DNA of 64,000 nucleotides from Lingula anatina. Lineage: Eukaryota > Animalia > Brachiopoda. Both the position numbers and the translations under genes were made by a program. The stretch is taken from assembly GCA_051362555.1 (NCBI GenBank), contig CM120644.1, forward strand, positions 18,808,534-18,872,533, in the 5' to 3' direction. The notes under the pieces were generated by a model that saw only the letters and a list, made by a program, of their open reading frames with translations, was not told the origin of the DNA and did not search any database. Positions 1 through 12,755 of the stretch are shown here, piece after piece. Each line of letters opens with the position of its first letter. Position 1 is the first letter of the stretch.

Positions 1-1395
1 CTGCATCCTCTCCCTGGGCCTCAGCCATCTCTTCTAATTTCACCAAAGGGGCAATGGAGATACTTCTTATGTGAGCTGGTTGAGGGTGCATCTGATCCTG
101 GCGAATCCAGCGTCTCTTCATCACACGGCCCTGTTGTTTGGGTTCTTCTTCTCGTCCACACTGATGGCAAGGGTAACGGGATAGCCCATCCGCATTTTCA
201 TGACTCCTTCCAGCTCGATGTTCTAGGTTAGGTTGGTACTCTTCTACTACTTGTATCCACCGGGCCAACTGTCCCTCGGCATCTTTCATTCTGAGAAGCC
301 AAGTCAGGGCTGCATGGTCGGTACGCAAAGTAAAATCTTGTCCATACAGGAAGCTGCGAAAATGCTTCATGAAATGAATTGCTGCCAGAAATTCTTTTCT
401 TGTGACACAGTAGTTTCGTTCTTCTTTTGTGAAGGCCCTGCTAGCATAGGCTATAACTTTTTCTTGTCCCTCTTGGACTTGAGACAACACTGCACCCATA
501 CCAAAATTACTGGCGTCTGTATCTAATATGTAGCGACCTTCAATGCTTGGATAAGCAAGAATGGGGGAAGAAATAAGTCGTTGCTTCAGATCTTGAAAAG
601 AGTCTTCACACTCTTCATTCCATAGGAAGAGATTTCCCTTCTCTGTCAAACGGTGTAGGGGTCTGGCTATATTGGCAAACCCTTTTATGAACTTCCGGTA
701 ATAGGACGCTAACCCCAGAAAACTTCTAACTTCCGTTACCGTTCCGGGGGTTTTCCACTCCTTTATCACCTCGATCTTGTCTGGGTCTGTTCTAACCCCG
801 TGCTTGGAGTCAACGTGACCGAGGTACTTCACTTCTGACTGAAACAGGTGGCATTTCTTTGGCTTCAACTTCATCTTGGCCTCTTGGAGACGACGGAAGA
901 CCTCTTTGACCCTTTCTACCTCCTCTTCGAACGTTTGATGTCGTCCAAGTACACGAGGAGAATTTTCCAGTGGAGTCCACTCATCACTTGCTCCATGAGT
1001 CGTTCAAAGGTGGCTGGCGCGTTGCACATCCCAAATGGCATAACCTTCCATTGAAAAAGCCCGCCTCGGACAGCAAACGCTGATTTCCTCTTGGCATCTT
1101 CATCCAATTGCACCTGCCAGTAGCCACTGGCCAAATCAAATGTAGAAAACCACTCTGTCCCCGACAGTGCGTCAAATGTGTCATCAATTTTCGGGAGAGG
1201 GTACGAATCTTTCATGGTGACAGAGTTCAGTTTCCGGAAGTCAACACAAATTCGTGTAGACCCATCTTTCTTGGTCACCAGCACGATCGGTGATGCCCAC
1301 GGACTCGCAGACGGCTCTATGACGCCCCTTTCTAACATCTCTTGCACATGTTTATCAGCTTCATCTTGCTGTGATCTAGGCAACCTTCGGTATCC
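1..1395 (-). pseudogene. pol: Ty3/Gypsy pol, RT and RNase H region (continues beyond the left window edge)
   Basis: Motifs: SPWASPIVLV, RICVDFRKLN, DLASGYWQV, MPFGMCNAPATFERLM, YLDD. In a shifted frame downstream: KYLGHV, VRSFLGLASYYRKFI, DTDASNFGMGAVLSQ, ERNYCVTRKELLA, TDHAALTWL, NADGLSR. A small frameshifting deletion lies just after YLDDI (~935). Confidence 0.95.
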
Positions 1396-1592
1396 CGGGC
1401 CCCCGTTTCACAAAAAAACTTAAGTCGGGTTCTCTGACTTAGGGCTTGGTTACCAACGTAATTAAGTCGTTACGTCACTAAGTCCCGTTTCACAAAGAAT
1501 CTAAAAGGTCGCTTACGTCGTTTTTTTCTAAGCTGTAAGTCGACGATGTCAAGCCTCCTCGGGAGGAGACTTAAGTTGTCGCTATCAGCAAA

Positions 1593-4349
1593 ATGGCCGC
1601 TGCCGTAGTTGTCCAAAATCTTCATCGTTGGGCTCTTCGAAGAGAGCGTGTCTTCAGAGACCGTGAAAATCCTTTAGATTATTTTAATGACGATCAGCTG
1701 AGGGAGCGTTTTAGGTTTAGAAGACATTCTATTTTATTTATCCTTCAATTTATCAATAATACAATTCAACCTCCAACCAATAGAAGTCACTCAATACCGG
1801 CACTATTTCAGTTATTGATTACTTTGAGATTTTTAGCCACTGGTTCGTTTATGTTTGTTGTTGGGGATACAATCCCCAGAATATCCAAAGCAACTGTGTC
1901 CAGAGTGGTAAGAAGAGTTACTGTGGAAATAACACGTCTTGCAGGACAGTTCGTACAGTTTCCTAATGGAAGGCGACTTGAAGAAGTAAAGAAGGGGTTT
2001 TTCCAACTTGCCGGTAAGTGCACAACCTTCAATTGACCTTATTTACATTAGACAGCATTCGAAAACATAGAGGGCGCTTAGAATTGCACTCGTCTCACCT
2101 AAAACAATTGCCTACAGATATAAAGTAGGTCATGTTGTGCTTAGTGGATGTAAACAAAGGCGGGCAACGTGGAACGTTAGCTTAGTAGGGAGAGCGGTTG
2201 CAAGAAAAGCTAAGTATTTGGATTCAAAACCCGGCATTTGGTGGTCAAGTGGCCATCAATATATATTTGGTAACTTCTTTTCATAACTTATTCAACATTT
2301 TTTCACAGGAATGCCCAATGTAATAGGTGCCATCGACTGTACTCACGTACATATACTGGCACCAACTGGGGCTAGGGAGCCAGATTTTGTGAACAGAAAG
2401 GGCAGACACAGCCTAAATGTACAGGTAAAATATTTAATGACTTTTTTTGTTTTATTGACTTGTCGAAAAAGTATATTTGTTATTGTATATATTTTATATC
2501 CAATACATTATTTTGAGAATTATAAAAAAATCATAAATTAATAATAATAATAATTATATATATATATATATTCTTTTATTGACTTTTGTAAATTCACTGA
2601 TTTCACTAACACATCAATGAACAACACTGCTTCATGAAGCATTTGATTAAATAGAGAGAAAATGTCTTTTAAAATCTAAAATATAATAAAACTTGCTGTA
2701 ACAATAATATGTGAAAAAATAATAACAATAACTTTATATAACAAACTTTAACAATTCATGTATTTTTACAAATTCCTTTTCTGAAAAAATGTTTTCCTTT
2801 CTCCAATATAAAAATATAATTCAATAAATTACAAAATTTCAAACACTAAAACATGTATGTACATTTATAATATATATACACTAATATGCTGAAAAACACT
2901 AACAATTTAATACTTGTACTTTGCACAAAAATATACAAAATTTATCGGAACACTACAATTTCAATTTAAGTGCAAGTTTTTCTAACCACCAAAGGTAGGC
3001 TCTGTTATAGGGCTATTGCCTATTCTTGTAAAACCTATTGTTCAATTATGCCGTGATTAGAGTAATTAAGCAGGTATTACTGGCCAAGACAAGAGCAACA
3101 CCCACCCAAATTTCACAATTTTCAGATATTTTAATATTAAAATATATCGCCAACAAAAGGAAAGGCCACAGGGATCTCTTTTGTACTTTATATGTTCAAT
3201 GTTCCTTTACAAACCCATACATGTTTGACAGCCATAGGACTTCTACTAGTGGGTATATGACCCTCTGATAATCGCCATGCGTGAACTTAGTTTTGGGGGG
3301 TGGGGTAAAAAAAGGGGGTACAGTGTGGACAAGGTGGGTTATATTTTTAGTTTGAATGTCTTATAATGACTGAAAATTTGCTGCGAAAGCTGGAAAAACA
3401 GAAAATTGGGCATAAATCCCCTGATATACAGTTTTATGGCATAACATTTAGCAGAAGTTAATAGGGTCCTCAGGCAAGTATTTCAGCCCAATAAGGTCAA
3501 ATTCTGTGAACCCCCACCTTGCCGCACTTGTCTGGTGCTTAAAGAAAACTGGCACTTAAATCTTTTAACTCTCCACATTTCCTTGCACTCTTCTCTGGTC
3601 ATTTGACATGGTTTTCAGCTGTAAATAAAAAGTAAACACTTAGCACATTTTATATACATTACACAAAGCTAAGTAATAAAAATGAAATTATTTTACACAC
3701 ATTATATATATAATTTCCCCATACTTTTTCAGTTAGTTTGTGATCATGCCTTTGTTGTGACCAACATGGTGGTCAAGTGGCCTGGATCTGTACATGATTC
3801 AAGAATATTTAGGCAGTCCAATTTGTGCAGGCACTTAGAAAATGGTAAATGTACATATATTTAATATACTTATTTTAAAAGCACAGGTTTATTAATTGAT
3901 TTTTAATTTATACATTAAGAGCAGTATTCAGTACATTTGGTAATTTCTATTTATAAATTTCTCTAATTTTTTCAGCTCCACATTGTGGTTTCCTTTTAGG
4001 AGATAGTGGATATGGCTGTCGCCCATTTCTACTAACCCCTTTTCACAACCCAGCACCTGGGCCACAAACAAATTACAACAGATCCCATTGTAGGACAAGA
4101 GTTACAATTGAGCAAACCAATGGAATTCTCAAGGCCAGATTCCCTTGTCTAAATTTTCTCCGTTTAACACCAGAAAGGTCAATAACTGTAATTAGCACTT
4201 GTGTGATTTTGAATAACATTGCAAGAAGAGTAAATGATAATTTCCCACCACCCCAAATTGTTAATCAAATCCAACTACCCCCACCAGTACCAGTTCAGAA
4301 TGATGGTTTCGCCATGCGAGATGGAGTTGTACGAGCATATTTCTCATAA
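1593..4349 (+). CDS. Harbinger DDE transposase (HARBI1-like, DDE_Tnp_4 type), 4 exons, ~340 aa, apparently intact
   Basis: Exons 1593-2013, 2309-2424, 3733-3844, 3976-4349 with GT-AG introns and consistent phases. Motifs: [70 protein letters not shown]. Confidence 0.92.
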
Positions 4350-4458
4350 TGTTAAATATGTAGATGGATATACCCCAAAAACTATATGCTTTGACATAAC
4401 TGTAGCTGCATTTATATCATAAAAATGTGCATTGTTTTGAATCATTAATACACTGACC

Positions 4459-6148
4459 TTAAAGTTGATGCATATTAGCCTCCAATGAGGCAATCTCCAA
4501 CTGCAGCTTTCTCTTTTTCAATTTAGCTACATCCGTCCACTCCCTTAAATATTCTTTGTACAAGTCATTTACGCTGTCCTTCTTGTTTGGAACCTGTACA
4601 TTAAAAAAGAAAATTTGTTGAAACAATAACAATTTTTTAAAAGATAAATGTATTTTTCAGAATTAATTATAATATTTCATTATTAACCGAAAGTGACAGT
4701 ACTTTACAAGAGATCAAACAATGTTTTACCCGAATGATATATATGGTTTTAGTTTTTGAGGATTGAGGTTTGAAAATCACTTACAGGTTTTTCTGCTACT
4801 GAATTATTTTCAGCAACTTCCTGTAAATAAAGTTGAAACATGTGAAAGTTTGTGTTACTACTGCATTTCAATTACCATAAGCCAATGCATACTATAAATT
4901 AAAAAAAAAATTATCATAAAATCTATAGACAATAGAATTAAGTTAGATTGCACAGTTTTGACAAGTAACAATGTAATTTGCAAACCTCTGGTGTGGACTC
5001 TTCATCTGCAGCCTAAGAAATGAAAATAACAACATGATTATGGAAAATTAAACCATTTATATGTTACATACACATGCTAGATTATATACACCATTATGTA
5101 TGTATGTATTAAATATATTTCCATTGATATTATTGTTAAAACCACAAGCTGCAATCATGTACATCTCACAATGTTATTGATCCTTACATTGTTATTGTCC
5201 CCTATTCCTTCTTCAAATTCCACTATAAACAAAAAGGTAAAACATTTGTACTATTAACAAAGAAATGAGAAATTAGTAAAATAAGCATTTTTTCAAGATT
5301 TCTTTTGCTGTTATTATTGAAATTACTTGTAAGAATCCTACTAATAGAATCCATGCAGGTATTTCTCAAATGTGTAATTAAAACTATGTATGTAATTTAT
5401 ATTATAATCAAAGTTGTACTTACATGTGTGACCACTTGAGGGTCCTGCAGCATAGTCTTTAATTAACAAAATTACAATATTAAATTTTGAATATGGTGGT
5501 TATCTTTAATCTAATAAGTACATAACAGTTAATAATTAAATATTAACAAAAGCAATAATAGAAAATGTTACTGGAGTTTGCTTTGAACATTTCATTGTTT
5601 ATTTTTATTGTGGATTTACCAATGTACTTACCTACTGAGTTGGTTTCTCCTTCGAAACCAAATTCAATTCCAGCTTCTAAACCATCCACGGAGGGCCTAC
5701 CATGGAGGCCCTCCATGACCATGTCCTCAGCTGTGGATATGGTCACAGCAGGGCCTCCACCAGTCCTCCTAGTTTCATCCCTCTTTCTTTTGGCTACAAG
5801 CAAGGATAATTTATTAAAAATGTTTCTTTAGACAACTACCCCAAGTAACCAATACAACTAATAGGATATTGATATTTATGGGAAATGTTATAAATTAACA
5901 TTAAAGGAACATAATTAGTAAACATATTAATTTAATAATGAAAATAGGTACTGCACAATTTAATTGTATATAAGTGACCCATGCAGCTGCAGCACAAAAT
6001 TTCTTACCGTTCTGTGTAATGTTTTTCATTTTCTTTCTGATCTCTAGCCCATCCCGAATGACAAATGGGTTTTGGCTATAATTTATAAGTCGAAACTGTC
6101 AAAATTTAAGCATTTATTTCAAAACATACAGTTACACAAATTTACAAG

Positions 6149-6196
<48 letters not shown>

Positions 6197-8601
6197 AGAA
6201 AAGAAGTATGCTTTTTCAGAAAGAAAAAAAGTCATTGAAATTCAGGCCAGGATAACTTAAAAAGAGGTCTCTGTACCTGTTCACTACTGAGGCTATCTCC
6301 TCCCAATTCTTCTTCTTCTCTGCCACTGTAATTTTTGATGAAAATTTCCCTTCCAACACCGCTTTTCTCTTATTAAACTCCTCAACTATAATGATCTCCT
6401 CTGTTTTGCTAAAATTTGGTTTTCTAGTGGTTTCCTTAAGAAATACATATATGGACCTTGTTAAATATTATTATATATGTACAATATACAGTGTTCTCCA
6501 CGACCTGTTTTTAGGTGGCGCTGCGCCACCTTATTGAGTTTTGCGCCACCTTATGTAAATGGCCCGCCACCTTTATTTTGAGCAATGAGCAGACCTTCAG
6601 ATTATTTTCTTGTAGAAAAGTGAGATATTAAACTTGAACTTGCATAGCTTGACTGTCGTTTTTGCATCCCTTTGACACTAACATATCGAAAAGATACATT
6701 GTACATTTGCCGCTCACGTACGCAGTTGTAGCCAATGCATGTGCTCTTCACGGATGACGTTTGTGAAAAGTAGTCATAGCAATAGGCTGATTTTGTCACG
6801 TGCTCCATTTACCCCGCCTTATCTACCGACTATCACAGAATTTTAATGCAAAAAAAAATTAAATATAGAAACACGTAAGATCTCTAAGCATGGCGTCAAA
6901 GCAGAGCACGTTGACGTCTTTTTTTTAAACCCGCGGAGAGTCACATTCATCAAACAAAATAGTGGATACATCCATACAGGTAAATGACGAAACGACCAGC
7001 GAACCAGCACCTAAAAAACCCAAACATAGGACGGAGTTTTACGCTCCGTGGTTGAAGAAGTATACATGGCTTCAACATAAACCCGATGAAGGTAAGTTGA
7101 CTACATTATTCATCATTAACGTTATAAAATTTTACAAATTTCACCATATCTTGCATTTGTTACCTCATTACTTACTGGAATCTATATACAACTGGAAAAT
7201 AAAACCAAACCAATCACTTTAATGTCAGGGATGTTGATTTAATACATATGTATTTCTTTCGTATTACAAGAAAACGTGGCCGCTAATATATCGAAAAGAT
7301 ACATTGTACATTTACCGATCACGTAGGCAGTTTTAGCCAGTTTCGACCATGTGCTCTTCATGAATGACGTTTGTGAAAAGTAGTCTTGCATAGCGATAGA
7401 CTGATTTTGTCACGTGCTCCGTTTACCCCGCCTTTATGCTTGTATAAGGAAGTAGATTGACAGTCTTGAATATTAGACCTGCCCTTCCCGCAATCCACTT
7501 GAATGTGAGCAATCCCAATGAGATGATGTATTCATACGTTTTTAATCCGGAATGATTAGATTATTTTTAAAATGTGAGAAGCTTTACGAGACTTTGAACC
7601 CATTTATTAATTTAAATATCAATAAAAGTTCATTCACAGTCATTTAGAGCAGGGCAAAGGCAGCAACGTCGATGCTATCGTATATCTGTCCGACGGAAGA
7701 TCGTTGCATCGTTAAATTATTATGTAACGCTACATAATCATCAAATACCATTGTTTAACCATAGAAATGCATTGTTTCAGGTATGTTTTGTGCCTGGTGT
7801 TCAAGCCATGGTCAAAGGTCCAAGAAAGGCACTGACATCTGGACCAAAGTTGGGTGCCAGACGTACAGAGAAGACACTATTAGAGACATGAACAGTCCAC
7901 CATGCATCAGGTGTCTTACAGTTTGGAGGTGGAATACAGACAATCAAAGGTAGATGGAGGGATAGCAGCTGCTATGCAGGATGTGGTGTCTGTGGAAACC
8001 AAGAGGCTTTCATTGGTGCACTGAAGTGCATGTACTTTTTAATGAAGAAAGTGCACTGCATTTTATTAACTTTACTTCAATGTAACCTGATGTCAATGAA
8101 GCCATAAAAACAATGTGAAATGCCTTATGTTTCAGAGATTTATTCAAAAATAAAAGTCCAGTTTAATTCAGAGCCATGACTATTGTTTATATAAAGTAAA
8201 ACTTGACACAGGAACATCTACAAAATGATCATAGTTATCATTAGAGAAATGATGAATTCTCTTACCATAAAAATGACCTTTTAGACTTCTAAAATTGCCC
8301 AGAATGCAGGTATTTGCACCAATTTTTCTAAATTTTCCCGGGGGAGCATGCCCCCGGACCCCTCTAGCATGGCGAGCGCCTTTGGTGCTCGCTTCCGGAG
8401 ACCCTCACCATAACTGCTCTTCCCCCACCTTATAATTTCAAGTTGTGGAGAACACTGTAATATATATATGTATTTGTAAATCAATATAAATAATTTTCAA
8501 TTAATGTAATGATCCCACTTTTAAATTACTGCTTAAAATTTTTAAAAGTTTAAAATAAAGCAATCAACATTTGAGTGGAGAACTTAAACTAAACTTACCA
8601 T
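4459..8601 (-). CDS. Harbinger Myb/SANT-like DNA-binding protein, 9 coding exons, ~218 aa, apparently intact
   Basis: Exons (minus): 8601-8599 (ATG only), 6434-6277, 6075-6008, 5793-5632, 5456-5424, 5222-5188, 5012-4986, 4820-4785, 4593-4459, all GT-AG and in phase. Protein: METTRKPNFSKTEE...KKKNWEEIASVVNSQNPFVIRDGLEIRKK...RRTGGGP, with a C-terminal coiled coil KLKKRKLQLEIASLE. Confidence 0.85.
6489..8457 (+). mobile_element. Non-autonomous hAT-like element in intron 1 of the Myb gene
   Basis: TIRs CAGTGTTCTCCAC / GTGGAGAACACTG. Remnant spliced ORF (~6890-7091, ~7781-8050) reads MASKQSTLTSFF...WLKKYTWLQH|MFCAWC...RHEQSTMH...FIGALKCMYFLMK, resembling the TTF-type zinc-finger N-terminus of ZNF862-like hAT transposases; it has frameshifts. 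Internal ~135-bp duplication (~6685 and ~7288). Confidence 0.75.
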
Positions 8602-9285
8602 TTTGTTCAATGACAAACCTAGGAGAAGGAACAATTAAAATGTCATGTTTTTTTTTATTTGTTTAATATATATTTATTTATAATTTACAAAAGTCAATAA
8701 AAGTATATTTTTTATATATTTATATATTTGCTATAATGTTAAATATTATTGAGTGTCTCGTAATATTTAAATGGAACATAATTATTAGAGTAAATAAGTT
8801 ATGTGTGTGAAGAGCGCACACTTACACATACTGTATTTCCTGCAATTTTTACCCTCATATAATTTAAGCAGTTTTTCATTTTAATTTGTTAAATGTAAAA
8901 TGCCACAAAATAGCACAATTAATTTGTATAAACATAGTCAATATAACTCTTTTCTATTCATTTCAAAGCAATGCAATGCCGATAATGCCATTTTTAGTTT
9001 CGTTTCATCAAAATAAAAGCTGCATAAATAAAAACTCACCTACGTCGTACGAAGCAGCGAGCGTGGGTCACGTGATCAAAACAACGGCAACTTTGAACCT
9101 CCAATACCACAAGAGCGACGAACGCGCGTGAACCAAGTCGACTTCGGTAAGTTCATCAAGCTAAGACGTTAGGTTCTTTGTGAAACACTCCAAGTCGACT
9201 TCAGCTAAGTCGACCTACCCTGTAGCTAGGCCACCCAGCTCGAGTAAGACGTCTACGGATTTAAGATTCTTTGTGAAACGGGGGC

Positions 9286-10152
9286 CTGACGAATAGGTGT
9301 TGCATCTCCAGTGTTAACAGAATGTTGTACGATGCCCGTGCAGCCAAGGTCGAAGTCATCTTTTGCAAAGACATCTTGGAACTCTGTAAGCAATCGTTTA
9401 ATGGCCTCTGTCTGTTGTCGGTCTAGACAGCTCGTGCTTCTTTCCAACAAATCAAGGAGAAACTCAGGGAGGACCATTTTCTCATTTGTCTTTTGGAGAG
9501 TGTGTACCTTAAGTCCCCCTCGTTTGATCACTGCGATGTCTTTATCTTCCACAGTAGAAAGAGTACCCACTGTAGTCCCCTTGTACAGAATCACTGCTTC
9601 TTCCCCCGGATTGAAAACCTGAACTGGGAACTCTTCTGCAGTGAGATCAACCAGAAGTCTGGCCACCATCAGTCCTCGTGATGCTAGTCCACCTTCTTCC
9701 AGGGGTTCCATAAGTCCCTGGGTCGTCTCTGCAAGACCGCTTGTCTGTCCGCGTACCGCAGGTAGCACTACTTCATGACCTGGCAGGATACGGATGGTCT
9801 GTTTGATATGGACGCGGGCACAAAATGGCTCTGCATTTTGATCTAGGCAGGGCAGCTTTTGTCCCTCACAGTGAAGATTGAAACCTTGAAAGTCTAGAAC
9901 GCTTGCTGTTGACACCTGAAAATCTAGGCCCAAAATACCTTGGTTTTGTATGTCCGCCACAATAACGTCTAACTCAGTGGGTTGATCCTGCACGTCAATG
10001 GATACTTTCATTCGGCCCAATACGGGTAGCGGCTTGCCATCGGCTTGCCGTACTTGTTCTGTCATTTGACGGAGTTCTGTTTTCTTGTCACTCTCACTTG
10101 ACTGGTCAAAGTTGTCTACCTTAACATTTTCCATTCTGACTTCTTCTGACAA
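9286..10152 (-). pseudogene. pol: Ty3/Gypsy pol 5' part (C-terminal half of the aspartic protease plus pre-RT region)
   Basis: Motifs QADGKPLPVLG, GILGLDF, LLTEFQDVFAKDDFDLGCTGIVQHSVNTGDATPIRQ. Joins the 1-1395 segment in frame across the Harbinger. Confidence 0.9.
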
Positions 10153-10225
10153 GAGATATTAAAAAAAAATAATGATAATAATTATCATCCATTCATGACC
10201 AAGTAACCATAGCGCATCGAAGGAC

Positions 10226-10244
10226 AATCCCACCGCTGCTACCA
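10226..10244 (-). promoter_or_regulatory. Primer-binding site, tRNA-Leu type
   Basis: Minus strand TGGTAGCAGCGGTGGGATT, one base after the LTR end (...GTTACA). Complementary to a tRNA-Leu-like 3' end plus CCA. Confidence 0.8.
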
Positions 10245-10245
10245 A

Positions 10246-11730
10246 TGTAACGCGCGAGGTCGCCGCGTCGGCGCACGACCCCGGACACGACGTGAGAATA
10301 TGATGTTGAAACAGGGAAAGTTTATCCCCGTCCTTCGAAATTAACAACAAAGGCATATGGTTACAGTTCAAATATTATTATTATACACCAATTTGCTTTC
10401 AATAAAAGAGATATTTCAAGAGATATATACAAGGCCTAAAGCCATAGAGTTTGTAATAAAATCGAGCAACGTTTTTCATGGTATGGTAGCGTAGCGCAAA
10501 TCAGCATCTTTCTTCATGGTAGCGTAGCGCAAATCAGCTTCTATCTTCATGGTACCCTCAACGATATCGTACGCCTGGGGACGGCATAACGACGACCGTT
10601 GAACGCGGCGGCGTCATCTAGGGGATGGTGACGACATCTTCATGGTGGGCTTCTGTTCAGTTTCTCAGCATTCCGGCTGTTGAACATCTTGGCGGCAGTA
10701 AACCCCGCGGACCCAGAACCTGTGACTGTTAGCTCTGAAAGAGCAAGGTTAATCTTCCGTGGCGCATTTCCTGCATTATCTACGCCCTGGACCCGTCTGT
10801 CCCATGGGAAGTTCCCAGTCTTGCCTCGGCGGGAGCAGAGGTTTCCTAGGGGAGCACCGTGATCGAGGGTTAGGACGTCCTTCACCATTACTGTCTCTTT
10901 TCGCTTTCCGGTAGCTGCATGCAAAGGGACACGTCCGGCTGACCGAACTAAAACAAAATAAGAACATAACACTGCCCCGATCATACACGGGGGAACACTG
11001 CGCACTCGGGCTGGCATTTTCCCTTCAGCTCCGAGCTGTCGACGGCGCCTCCTACATGACGTCTTGGACCCGATCAGCCTTTCACCCAAAATCGTCCATG
11101 CCGCAGCGGCTTCCTTGGCCAGGATCCTAAACATCTGCAACCAAGGGATCCCATGATCTGACAGCCACCACTTGTCCTCCGGAGCACGTCACGGTGAATG
11201 CAGTTACAGGATTGCGTTAAGAAACTCGCTAAAAACTAAAGGTACATAACTGTCAGCCAAAATACTACAAAAAAAAAAATAGACTAATCTTCGAAAAGAA
11301 AATTCTTCACAATTTTTCCCGACTACGTCGGGTAGCCCGAGGGCTACCCGCAGCCCGTTTCACTCACTTTTTGTCTCTCTCTCTTGTGCTTTATGACTGT
11401 CACTCTAAGATACTTTCTTTCTTCCCCGCTTCAACTTGAAGAACTTGAAAGACGCCGCTAACGATCAGCTGAGCGGTTATTTATAGCGACCGTGACGTCA
11501 TGACCGCAGGTCGCGCGGTCACACTTTCTGACGGCACGTCGACACGGTTGGAACGTCATTGTTGATTCTTTCCCGTACAGCGGTAAAAATCTAACGTTTC
11601 TTTCTTTGTTTAAAATCATGGGGTATTTGGCATCTTTTCGTCTTTAAACGGCTCTAGAACGGCAACTAAAGTTGGACTGGTAAATTTTTGTCGGCATCGG
11701 TGTAGAGCTATTGGAGCCCCGTTCGTTACA
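10246..11730 (-). mobile_element. 5' LTR (1485 bp) of the Gypsy element
   Basis: TGTAACG...CGTTACA inverted termini, adjacent PBS, minus-strand TATA (CTATAAATA, 11478-11486), higher GC than the flanks. Confidence 0.82.
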
Positions 11731-12001
11731 ATATAATCAGGTGGAAAGTCTTGAGATTAAGGACATAATCTGGGTGGTAAGTCATTTATGTGTTAATAAT
11801 GAACCCTGGCAGTTGCTACTCGGGCTGCACCAAAACACTTAATGTGCTGTATACTTTGTTCATGTGCAGGAAAGCCATCACACCTAAAGGCTTGGGTTCC
11901 AAGGTACATTGATGAAGATCTAAAAATAAAAAAATCATCACCTTAAAGATTATGACAGTTTGAGGTATATTTGTTGATAGTTTAGACTTCAAAAGTACTA
12001 T

Positions 12002-12341
12002 CACTAGTGGGCTTGATTTGGTCTTAAAGTGCAATTTAAGAACACAAATAGTCTTACATGATCTTAAAACATGAGTAAGACCATTTCTAGTCTGACAGCC
12101 AATTAAGTTGTCTCCCCTTACACATTCTCCTATTGTGAGCAGAGGTGTCCTCTATTGTGAGGAGAGGTATCCCCCATTGTGAGGGGAGGAAACTGCTTGA
12201 CCACTTAAGTAGATGTTAGATCATTTTTGATCTTAAAAGCAGATTCAGTCCATTTTAAGACTATTGCTGTAATGACTAAGATCGTGTAAGATCACTTATG
12301 AACTTAAATTGCACTTTAAGACCAAATCTAGCCCACTAGTG
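12002..12341. mobile_element. CACTA/EnSpm-type MITE (340 bp)
   Basis: ~65-bp imperfect TIRs starting CACTAGTGGGCT, with 3-bp TSD TAT/TAT. Confidence 0.75.
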
Positions 12342-12755
12342 TATGCTACTATATCATATGTTGATGATTAAATGTAGTTTTAACAGTGATAAGATCATGA
12401 TAGACAAAAAAATGTGCATAACTTTCCTTCGAGTTGTACCCTGAGCTTCAGACCCAGAATATGGGCCGTCTTGTGAATTTATTCTTACCGCTATCTTGGC
12501 CCAATATGCGGGTAAGTAATGATGGCGACCAGCATATAAATTTGAAAACGCGAATAAAAACCCGCAACTGGCTTGAAACTCGGAGTATTTGATTCGCCAA
12601 CTGGACAAGCTGAATTTATTATCAAAACGGACTAAATAGTGTATAAAACCGATCTATGACTAATAAGATGTAATTAAATTGAATGCTTACCCCAAATATA
12701 TCTGCATGGTGAAAAATAATATATTGAATGCTTACCCCAAATATATCTGTCATAC

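Larger units (their letters stand above)
1399..9285 (+). mobile_element. Full-length PIF/Harbinger DNA transposon inserted in Gypsy pol
   Basis: TIRs GCCCCCGTTTCACAAA (1399) and TTTGTGAAACGGGGGC (ends 9285), with internal subterminal copies near 1484 and 9174. 3-bp flanks CGG/CTG (CWG-type TSD, one mismatch). Carries convergent transposase and Myb-like genes. Removing it restores the pol frame IRQ-GYRRLPRSQQ. Confidence 0.93.

Noticed and set aside
233-1423. Plus-strand ORFs over the Gypsy region (also 9311-9681)
   Set aside because: Antisense shadows of pol.
1593-4349. Domesticated host gene HARBI1
   Set aside because: It is flanked by TIRs and a TSD, paired with a Myb gene and inserted in a retrotransposon, so it is a transposon copy.
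10640-11140. 166-aa ORF and overlapping ORFs
   Set aside because: They lie inside the GC-rich LTR with no recognisable motif; probably chance.
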